The notes below the pieces were generated by a model. The model was not told the origin of the DNA. It made no database searches and was given only the letters and a program-made list of their open reading frames with translations. The translations under genes were made by a program, and so were the position numbers. Shown here one piece after another: positions 1 to 10,209 of a DNA stretch of 64,000 bases (the first letter of the stretch is position 1; each line of letters begins with the position of its first letter). This stretch comes from Gnetum montanum. Lineage: Eukaryota; Plantae; Gnetophyta. The DNA lies in NCBI GenBank assembly GCA_015680685.1, contig MNCI01002773.1, positions 197,540 through 261,539 on the forward strand, in the 5' to 3' direction.

Positions 1-785
1 TATGTCCAACATACTTCGAGTAGCAAGGAGGGGTTCATCATGATTGTCTCGTCCATGGTGTCTATGATGCCTACGTTGTTCCCTACTCTCCCTTCTTCTA
101 TGTCATGACTCTCTCGAGTGCCCTCGTCCCCTTTCCTGGTTGTTTCTTCTATGAATTCCACTTTGCCTACATTTATCCCCATGATCTTTTTCCTTATGAC
201 TACATTTGGATACTAAAGGAGAGGGTGAAGGAGATGATAAAGATGAAGAAGATGGAAAACCATCACCATGATGGTGTCTGCTACCTTCTCTTCTATGGTC
301 TTCGCCCCAATTGCAATTGTAATCAGAATGTCCACCTTTATCATGAGTTTGTGTCCCGTTTTTAGACCCTTTGTGCCCATGGGTATCAGAACCTAGGTTA
401 TGAATAGTGGAATAAAGGTTCTGATACACAACCCCATGGGGACTGAATGATTAGGAGGTAACCCTATGTTACCTTCTAAGTCTCGCTAACATAGTTGTTC
501 ATCTTGATGGAGGATAAAGGTGAAGTTTGGTATATACTCATCGAGATGAATATATATCACTCGAACTTGTTGAGGAACTAGCAAATCAACATCATGTGTA
601 TTACGCTGCCGACTGGTTCCTATTTCAGACTTAGCCAATGAGGCGCTTTTGTACGAAGAAGAAGACATACTTGTCTATTCAATGTGTAATGTATTCTTGT
701 TTATTATTTTCTCAACCAATCCTAAGGGTTCATTCCAATGATGTGAATAATTTTCTATGTTCTAGTTAGTGCACAAACAACTAAG

Positions 786-803
786 TCCCTAGCAACAATG
801 TCA
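786..803 (-). promoter_or_regulatory. Primer-binding site, degenerate tRNA-Asp(GUC) type
   Basis: Minus strand TGACATTGTTGCTAGGGA 1 nt after LTR end CTCATCA; transition-mutated form of TGGCGCCGTTGCCGGGGA. Confidence 0.7.
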
Positions 804-1583
804 ATGATGAGTGGCGAGGTACCCCTACGCTCAACCATATGAATACGAGCATTTCATGCACAATCCGGTTGAATTCCAAGGACTAAGTGCTTATGCGCCC
901 TTGTGGAACAAAGATGGGTTGGTTGATCGTTGTCTTCCCAAGCTTACCTATATGTCACGATTGTATGGTTAAGTAAGCTTAAGGCATATGATTTTTATAG
1001 CTTTTATGTTTTTATGTCCTACGCTAGTAGGATAGGAGAGAGGTAACTAAGTGACTAATTTAACTTAACTACTCATTAACTAAGTTCTAACTAATCCTAA
1101 CACCAACATCCATTCCCACTTTCCGTACACATCCTGAACCAATGCAACACTGCTGGGATTACCAAATGCTAATCATTACTAGGTTACCAAGCATTACATG
1201 CATGCTCAAAGTGGTCATGCTTGTGTAATTTAATGATTTGCTTAATTGATCAAAATGAATTGATGTGCTAATAACAGAAATGTAAATTGCATAAATAAAA
1301 TAAAATAAAATAAATGCAAAAGAAAATAAAATAAAAGAAATGCGTAAGAAAACAAATCTCAAGTGCTGCAAGGATGAATCAAAGAGCTCATCTTTATTGC
1401 CATACACAAGGTGTGCTCAGGTACACAATGCTTGAATAAAGATTTGTCCACACTTAAACCTCCTACTGGGGGCACTTGGCAAATACTCTAACCTTCAAAT
1501 AGACTACAAGAGTTTCACTACTTGACTACTAAAAGACTTCCTCCCAATTGTGTGCTTGGGCACTGTATTTATAGACTTGGGAG

Positions 1584-1661
1584 NNNNNNNNNNNNNNNNN
1601 NNNNNNNNNNNNNNNNNNNNNNNNNNNNNNNNNNNNNNNNNNNNNNNNNNNNNNNNNNNNN
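1584..1661. other. Assembly gap (N run)
   Basis: 78 N bases abutting a tandem array. Confidence 0.99.
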
Positions 1662-1794
1662 AGTAACTACTCTAATAATTAGAATAATTGCTAGAGTAAC
1701 CGCTAGAGTAACCACTCTAATAATTAGAGTAACTACTAGAGTAACCACTATAGTAACCACTCTAATAATTAGAGTAATTTCTAGAGTAACTGCT
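1662..1794. repeat. Minisatellite of mixed 12-bp (AGAGTAACCACT) and 21-bp (plus CTAATAATT) units
   Basis: Units read directly; they explain the repetitive VTTLIIR ORF calls on both strands. Confidence 0.9.
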
Positions 1795-2599
1795 CTCATC
1801 AATATTGATTAAAGCACACACAAACAAATTCTTGAAAAATGGCTACCTCTCATGTGTCATGGAGCCACCACTAACCAAAAAAATACTTATGAATTGAGGG
1901 TTATTGGCATGAGCATTAAAAGGGATCAAAACAACTCCAAATCATATATGTCAATGATAATCCTTTATATTTTGAACATATATTTCTCTTGCACCAAGAT
2001 GAACACCTCTAATGGAGAGTTCCTTATGACAACATTATTTTGCATTTAAATATATCCATCTCCTCCATGCTCCAAGATGTACTAACTAGGATAAGAATTA
2101 GCCACATAGATTATCCTCTAACTAAGAAACTTATCAAGACTTATATGTATGCTGTTGCACAACACAACATAGACAAAAGAATTGACTTGTAGCATGGATA
2201 ATTAATGAACCATCAATAAGATATGTTGTGTTGACATAGCCCCCATCAATGTATCTTATGACGTGCTAACACTGCTATGTTGATGCTAATGTAGGCATTG
2301 CCTATATAAGTGTGCATACACCTCACATTTATGACACCTTTTTAGTCATAGCCTTAGCCAAATTCTTACAGTTTCTTTTTGTGAAAGTTAGAATATTTTC
2401 ACTCTAAGTGCTCACAATATGGATCTAAGTGATTGTATGACATTTTATTCTAGTGCATCTATACCAAGACACATTTGCATGGATGACAATAAAATCAAGA
2501 TTTCTTCTATCCATTACAACATTTAGACTAGCATAATTCTACCTTTTTACAATTTAATTTACATGCAATTTGCTTTCTCATTATCAAGTAATTAATCTT

Positions 2600-5050
2600 T
2601 TTGTTCATAAGCAACGTAAGTATAACCACTTTGAGCATAATATATTAATGCTTGGTAATCCCATCCATGGATACTTGGTATGCCTAGTAGAATACACTTG
2701 ATAGGACTAAAAGAACTACTGGTGAGAAACCTTAGTAGCTAAAAGTTGTTTACACATATTTGAATCCCTATGATTTTGATTTCACCTTCGTTCTCCATCA
2801 AGATGAATAATTACGCTAGAAGGACATGGAGGATAACATTTTATTACCTCCCAATTGGTTTGTTCCTACCATATGTATGGCCAATCTCATAAAGGTATGA
2901 ATTGACTCATGAGGCCTAGAGTATGAGGTAATAGACCATACCTTTAGAGACTATTAGCTTTCAAAAGTCTAGCTTAGAAAAACTCAACGTATGGAGGCAT
3001 GCCATGAAGCCTCCAAGGATAAGAGAATATTGAAACCATTATTTATACAATTATAGAAAGAGAAAGATGATTTTTTCCCAAGGCTATCTCAATATACAGA
3101 TTCTTCTACTTTTGTTGAGGATGACACACTTCACCAATAGTTGTAATCAACCTTGGATAACAACCAAGGTGAGGAGAGGATAAAGTTCAAAATCCAAAGA
3201 ACCTCAAGACAAAGATCTCCTAGTCATCAATCTAAGAAAAAAGAGAAAGAAAAAGAAAAGGAGAAAGAAAAAGAAAAGGACCATAGGAGAATGATTGGTA
3301 GGCATCACTCTCCTAGTCCTTTACCTTCACTATCCTCCTCATCATCAAACTTGGATAGGAGGAGTTGTGGCTGAGATAGAAGAAGGACCAATTAGAATTG
3401 AGATGGAGATGATTGGAAGTCCCATCATGATGATGGGAACTAGGAGCATAGGCAATTACAAGAGGAAGAGGAGCATCATTGGGAACAAAGGCACAATAGG
3501 TTTCATCATAGAAGACATGACTATGATAGGGGCCACCATGAACACAATGACTATGATGAACCATTTTTGGCTACCAGGAATATGCTTAATATTTTAGAAG
3601 CAATTTGAATTCCTAGCAGGCATTAAAGGGATAGCAAAATTAAATGGTTTGACATGAAAAATATTCCTAAATTTGAAGGAGAATATAATGCTAATCCTCA
3701 ACATCATTTATAGGTCTACCATTGATGCCTATACCTTATAGAACATTAAGAATAAGTGGCAAAAGTTCAAATTGTTCCCAATGATACCCATCAAAAAATT
3801 TGAAAGTTGGTACTAGTTCTTAGAGTTGAAATCCATTTGTAGATGAAGTACAATGTTGGGGCTATTCAATGATAAGTACCAAATATACTCCAGAGTATCT
3901 AACTTAAGGAAATAGATCTAAGGATGGAAATAGGGTAATCATAAATCCTTGGATGCATGATTACCTAAATTTGAAGGAGGATATAATGTTGATCTTCAGC
4001 ATTATCTACAAACTTACCAGGATGCCTATGCCTTATAGAACATTAAGAATGAGTGAAAAAAGCTTAAATTGTTCCCATGGACATTCATCAAAGAAGCAAA
4101 AAGTTGGTATTAGTCCTTGGAGTCAAAATCCATTCGTAGATGAAGTACAATATTAGAGCTATTTAATGATAAGTATTAAATGTACTCTAGAGTGTCCAAC
4201 TTGAGGAAACAAATCCAAGGATGTAAATAGGGTAATTATGAATTCTTGGATGCATCCTTGGGTAGGTACTACTCTCTCTTACACTAATTTCTAGGACATG
4301 GATTTTCTTAAAGGGAGTAGCTTTGCATATTATAGATGTGCTCCAAAACAAAACAAGAGAAACTCTTGGAGTCTATGCCCAAGGAAGACCTTTTGAAATG
4401 AGAGCCCATTAGATTCAAAGGTTGATTAATTAGGTGGCAAAGGAAGAAGGAGAGCTAAACAAACAAGAAAGTGTAGATTGAGAAGACAACGACTTACAAC
4501 TATATAATTAAGCATTTAGGAATATTAACAACTTAGGTAAGTAGGTCCATGGAATTTGACCAAATTGCATGTGAACACTTATTATTCATATGGTTGGACA
4601 TAAGAATATAATAGGGACCCCTCCATTCAAAAAAGGAAGGTGCATTTCTATGATTCAAAGGAGGAAGCAATGCTAGATAAAGTTATGCAAAGGAAAACCT
4701 TATTGATTCAAAAATCTATTACTAAAATATCGGTCAAGGTGAACAAAATGTGGGACTCCTTAGATGAGAAGTTTCAAACTGCTCTAAAAATTATGAAGGA
4801 GAAGATAAAGTAGGAAAGTAGAGATAGAGACAAAAGGATAAGAAAAGATACAAGTAGGGATTACTATCACTAGAAAGGTAAGGTTACAATGGTTGATGAG
4901 GTTCTAGGCTCAGAAATAGATGATGATGAATTTAACATCTATGAATATGAACATTTCAAGGAACATTGTTTGTAGTATCACATCTACAAGAATTTGGGTT
5001 ATACGCATCAAATCCAAAATTGGCAAGAAAGAAACCACCTAAATATATTG
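2600..5050 (+). mobile_element. Degenerate Athila-like gag region (same family as 51400 element), partially deleted
   Basis: Matches to U5 (accactttgagcat..ggtaatcc), leader (ttcacctt..ctccatcaagatgaata) and gag 53620-54560 (PKFEG.YN.DP..HL, KLFP..LIKEAESWY.SL); many stops. Boundaries approximate. Confidence 0.75.
3666..4256 (+). repeat. Diverged ~298-bp tandem duplication within gag
   Basis: cctaaatttgaagg...ttggatgcat occurs at 3666-3958 and 3964-4256; single copy in the 53.6-53.9 kb homolog. Confidence 0.85.
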
Positions 5051-6199
5051 CCTTGTCCACAAGGCAATTATAGGTAGTAGTTTTACCTAGCACAGTATTA
5101 CCCAAGTAAAGCACCACCTCAACCTTAGGAGTAGTATCAACAATGAAAAAATCCATAGTTGTGGAAGATGCTACCACTATGGTAAAAATATCCTTATTGA
5201 TAGTTGAACCCTTATGGATATGATTTCTAGCAACATGTATATTGTTAGGATGTGAAATAACGAACTTTTTACTTGATTCTTTAAAAGTGTTTGGATTGAG
5301 ATAGGTAGTTGTGAGCTCATACAATCCATAGTCACCTGTAGGTCATATTCATGGGACAAGAGCTAGACCTTTTATTATGAGAATGATCCTCATGAACTCT
5401 AGAAGGAAAAGTGTCTATCCTACAATCAATAGAAGTAAAATTAAGAAGGCAAAGGAGAGAGGAATAAGTCAAGTTAATTGCAAAAAGAGATGGGGCTCCA
5501 CATGAAAGTTGAATTCAAGTTTGATGATCAACTGTAAGTTCATGTGACTTGCACTAGCTCGCAATCCACAGAATTTCTACTAGTTGTGGATCATAGCCAA
5601 CCATAATTTATTTCTAAATAGAAAATAGGAATTCATTAGTGTGAGGCCCTACTACTCACACCTCTACCATAGCCCATGGTCCTCTAAGCCTAATTGGTTA
5701 CTTGATTGCTAGGATTTGAATATTCGAGTGTTGGAAATAGTTCATCAAGACTATTGATCACAATTACTAGCAGTGGTTAATTAGCTTCATAATTCTTCGT
5801 CAAACTACAAGATGCAACCTAGCTGTGATTGCTCATAGTTAGGTTACATTTGTTAACCAAATGTTATTCTAACAATTAATTGAAGTCATTTTAGTATTGA
5901 ATCAAAGTGAAATTATAAAGTATTTACCAAAATAAGAAAGGAGGACATGGAATAAGAAATGATGAGAAGATAGATAAAAGAGTTTCTTGAATAGATATAT
6001 AATTTAGAGTGAATTGGAATTATTCCATTGGATTACATTACTTTGTATTAGAGATTTTGAATAATAAGATAGTTGTTTCTTTCTTGCTTAAGAGTGAATT
6101 CATGTTGAGCATTCTTCACCATAATTTTGGCACTTAATCCCTCACAACTTGCAATCCCTCATTTGATTGACTTCCACACTTCTATATTGGAAGAACACG

Positions 6200-8350
6200 A
6201 GAAATAAACCAAAATTTTGATGTTGTTGTGATAGTTGTGGGTTACAATGATACTTTCTCAAATTTAAAATTTGTACATTTTCTATTTTTTTTTGTTCAAT
6301 TATTCTATGTATTTATCCTAATCAGTTGTTCAATTTATGTATGTTAGAATTGTTATAATTTCAAGTGACGTTGATCAATTTACAAATGTTTCTTCTTGAT
6401 TTGGAAATAATGATAATTGATAAAACACTTGTTAACACAACGATTCTTGTAGTAGATTATTATTTTGTTGTTTTTCTTTTATTTTTCTTCTTTGATGATC
6501 ATTTCACTATAGGTTTATGGTTTGGATTCATGAGAAAGGTTAAATATTGGTTTGTGATATAGTACATTCATCATACGTACCCCAGAAAATAACTAAAAAG
6601 ATTCTAATGTCATTAGAATAACCATCTTCATCAAGAAGTTCTAGAAGTCAACAAGGGAAAAGTTTATTAAGGGAAGGAGGACCATCAATTTCATAGGTAT
6701 ATCCATAAACTCCAGCAAGTATAGGCACTAGGGTCAATGTAGTAGATCAACTTAACACCCTAATTACCCTAACTACTAGTGGAACTTAGTTTTTAGTCCT
6801 ATTTTCTAAAGCTACCCAACCTAATCAAGTATCCATGATTATTGGTATGCCTATTGGATTTGGATTTAGTAAATCAATTCTAAATTCTATGAGTTAATTA
6901 GGTTCTGACCCTCCCACAAAATCCACCTTTTCTTTAACTACACAAATGGTTAGTCCATCTTCTTTTAATTAATCTACCCCCATAAGTTAGTGTTATGTAT
7001 AATTACGATACTTCCAATAATCCCTCTGACATTTTTCATTAGCAAAAATTGCATCAATAACATCTATAAGCCACTCAACAAACCTTGTTAAATGCTTTGA
7101 CTTAGGCTGCTCAAAATACATGGCCATGTTCGCCCAAGCAACTAGTCTCTCACTCTCTTCCCATACCAACACAAGTGCCTATTAAATCAACTATTTATCC
7201 TCCTATTTCTCAATTTGGGTAACCTACTATATATATGAACTATCCTAATATGGCTTAGATTCATTAACCAATAACACAGCCTACCATTCCTTTTAATTCA
7301 CAATTTGTTCCCATGTCTTGTACCACAACTGTTTTATTGCCAACACTATATAGAACCACATTTATGCAAGTGCCCCAATAACCTTATTCTAACACAAAAT
7401 CATTGATGAATATTTCCCAAAGTATATAACATATATTGAATATGGAAGCTACTCAAACACAATCTATGCTTCAATCACAAATTCCACAACAATGACTTCC
7501 ACAAATACCACATCCTTTGCCTCATCATTTAGTACCTCTAGGCAACTAGTTTAATTAATTTTTATAATTTCAAAATCAAGTTCCTTATTAGGGAATGTCT
7601 AATCAACTTTTGTTAAAAGATTTAATGGGGAGGAAATTAACTAGTGCACTTTCCCCTCTTTTGTTGCCTATTGGACAAGATGTTGAAATTAATAATTTAG
7701 TAACCTTTTCCTAATTTTATGGTACAGATGAAAAATATTCATACCATCATATACAAGATTTTGAAACATTGATAGTCAATGTTACGAAACATACTAAAGG
7801 AAGTGTCTTTCCCTTTAATTTTAGAGATTGTGCATTATCATGGTATCAATCATTAGAACATTATTCTATTCACTCCTAGGAAGAGTTTGAGGATGACTTT
7901 TTAAATAGTTTTTTATCTTCTAAAAAATTGATTAGTATAAAAAATAACTTTCATGCTTTTGACAAAAAGAAAATGAGACTTATGAATAGGCTTGGGAGCA
8001 TTTTAAGAACATAAGGGTAAGGAACCCTAATCATGACTTTTTAGAGTGTTAATTGCTAGGATTTTTTCTTAATGGTTTAACACCTACTACATAGTAAAGT
8101 ATTGATTTTTCTTATGATGGCATAATCATGTAAAAGGCACTAGAAGTAGCATTTGATGTATTAGATCAAATAGTGGATCAGAGTAAGATTTGACCTATTA
8201 ATAAAAATGCCAATATATTGGAAAATACTGTGATGATAGGTTTGGAAAAACAAATTGAAGAGGTTAATAAGAAATTGTCATCTTTATCTATGCCTTCTAA
8301 TACTATTGTGCAGGGCCAATCTTCTGAATTCCAAAAGCATCAACTAACGT
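6200..8350 (+). mobile_element. Second, heavily decayed Ty3/gypsy (Athila-like) leader plus gag relic
   Basis: Gag motif at ~7720-8090 reads YHHIQDFETL...FPFNFRDCALSWYQSLEHYSIHS*EEFEDDFLNSF...AWEHFK....PNH; preceded by a P/Q/T-rich linker; possible deaminated Asp PBS near 6218. Confidence 0.6.
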
Positions 8351-8399
8351 GACTCAATACCGTCATGCCTTTACATATGGATGGTTTACATCAAAATTA

Positions 8400-9056
8400 A
8401 ATGAATTATGAAGATGCTCAATCACTTTTGGTGTCAGTAGCATCATTATTAGCATCTCTTTTTGGTGATGTGTCTTGGGTAGTGGTTTGATGTTAATCTC
8501 CATAGAGGTAGGCAGCTGAAAAGTATCCTCCTTGCTATCGGTAATCCTGGAAAGTGAATTATATTAGTAAAGCTCTAGTGACATAGGATACCTGTGATTT
8601 TAAAAAAAATATTTAAGAATTTCATCTTTTGTCATTGTCAAGACATCTTGATACCATGCAAGTTGCCATAGAGCTTCATAGTCTAGCTATTGACCGAAGC
8701 TAGTTGTTAGGAGATATGTTGGTGACTTATCCCTGAACATGTGTCATGCCTACGATTGAAGAGAGCCAAAAAAAAAAGAAATCTCCATGTTCTTCCTTGT
8801 TAATGCGATGACATAAATTCATTAGAAAAGAAGCATCAAAATATTTTGGTTTATGTTCATAACGGGACCACCATGACCAAAACTCAGTATCAGGGTTTCT
8901 TTGAGGCATTGGGAGATTCATGGTTATGTGATATACATGGCAATTAGCAGGTTGGTAAAGTGGCCAATGAATAATACCATTTGGATATAACACATCAAAA
9001 TCTAAATTTTCCACAATTACATTGGTGAACATTGGTGAACAAAGGTAATCAAACAA
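8400..9056 (-). pseudogene. Decayed ORF of unknown identity
   Basis: ORF 8727-9056 (NPDTEFWSWWSRYEHKPKYFD) continues past stops as LDYEALWQLAWYQDVLTMTKDEILKY; protein-like composition, no recognisable family. Confidence 0.3.
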
Positions 9057-9427
9057 AGTTAACTATGGCATTTAAGGCTAGTAGCTTCAACAGTCTCCAA
9101 ACCCCCATTGAAGTGAACCCTTTGCTTCCTTAGGTACCCCATGTATACATTTCTAAGCTCTCTTTATTTTTATCATAATAAAGTTTACAGTTCTATTTGT
9201 TGTGCAAGTTAGCATAGCTTTATTTTTTATTTTGTGCATTTATTTTTTCAAATTGACGTTACATTTTATTTTATTACCTTTGTTTACACTCTCTAAGTCT
9301 GTGGGTGATCAGCAAGGCCATCCAAGATACCTTGGATCCTATTATCAAAGGTCCTTGGGATCTAGGATTAAAGCTATTCCACTTGGGATCTTTGATTTTC
9401 CAACAATTGAATTTTCTAGTCACTATA
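9057..9427 (+). repeat. 5' LTR remnant (3' ~370 bp) of element A
   Basis: agttaactatggcatttaaggct...ttttctagtcactata matches agttgactgtggcattcaaggct...ttttctagtcacgaca at 32547-32919. Confidence 0.85.
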
Positions 9428-9433
9428 GTTTTC

Positions 9434-9450
9434 TGGTGCTAAAAAGAGGA
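9434..9450 (+). promoter_or_regulatory. PBS, tRNA-Asn(GUU) type
   Basis: TGGTGCTAAAAAGAGGA, degenerate TGGCGCTAGAAGGAGGG; homologous sites at 19427-19443 and 43403-43419. Confidence 0.7.
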
Positions 9451-10209
9451 CCTTTGCCAAAGTTCTATGTCCAATCCTATTGGCCACTATGACAACGTTA
9501 TTTCCAACTGCAAAACCTTGAATTGATGGCCAAAAATTATCCAACTTTATCAACCTTTTTTTTTTGCCAAAAGTACCAATGCCACCACCCATCCCCCTAT
9601 CACCAAAACCTAGTGTGAAGATTGCAAGTGATTTGGGTTTTCAAAAACTTTTCATAGAAATTGCTAGAAATTTTAAAGCCAACATTGATGTTATGCAAAA
9701 CCTTATCCCGCTTCTCCTATGAAAATTTTCCAACAAGGCTAGTGTTAGTGATTCTATCACCCAAAACCTTATACCCCTCCGCTATGAAAATTTCACAATA
9801 AGGCCAATGTTGATGTTTCACCAAGACCAATAAAACTGTGAAAAAAAACAAAATTTTCACCTTGATTTTTGGCAACAACCATCAGTCCTACAAAGGGAGA
9901 GAGATCCCAATACTATGATATTTTTTATCTTACCCTTTATTTCCCCTAAATCTCCTCCCCCTCCTTTCACCTCTAGCATGGATACTACTACTAGGCCCAA
10001 CATGGTGGGGGTTTGACATAAAACCTTGGTTTTCTTTCTAAGTAAATGGTATTCTCCCTTTTTACTACTACCTACACTATATTTTGTAGTTGTAGTGAAT
10101 AATACTTTGATAGCCATACCCCTTTTTACATTCTAAGAATTGCATTTGCTAGATTTTTTTTATTTTGCAAGTTAATTAAACATTTATCAAACCAACTTTA
10201 ACATCATCA

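Larger units (their letters stand above)
1..1801 (-). mobile_element. Athila-like Ty3/gypsy LTR retrotransposon, 5' part (LTR, PBS, leader, start of gag); continues beyond window start
   Basis: Reverse complement of 1-1230 aligns with ~51860-53310 (e.g. gaagggagagtagggaac..aggcatcatagacaccat..catgatgaaccc). LTR termini and PBS as in the 51400 copy. Confidence 0.85.
805..1801 (-). repeat. 5' LTR of Athila-like element (contains N gap and U3 minisatellite)
   Basis: Perfect 7-bp terminal inverted repeat TGATGAG (805-811) / CTCATCA (1795-1801); minus-strand TATAAATA near 1566-1573; U5 similar to 51860-52262. Confidence 0.8.

Noticed and set aside
1662-1794. Possible CRISPR-like or telomere-like array
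   Set aside because: No unique spacers, eukaryotic context, unit unlike TTTAGGG; lies inside an LTR.
1522-1812. ORFs with repeated VTTLIIR on both strands
   Set aside because: Translation of a minisatellite across an N gap; not a protein.
1807-2600. Unassigned AT-rich segment
   Set aside because: No motif or in-window homology I can support; left uncalled.
5050-6200. Possible inverted fragment or LTR of the 6-8 kb gag relic
   Set aside because: No termini, partner LTR or convincing alignment; left uncalled.
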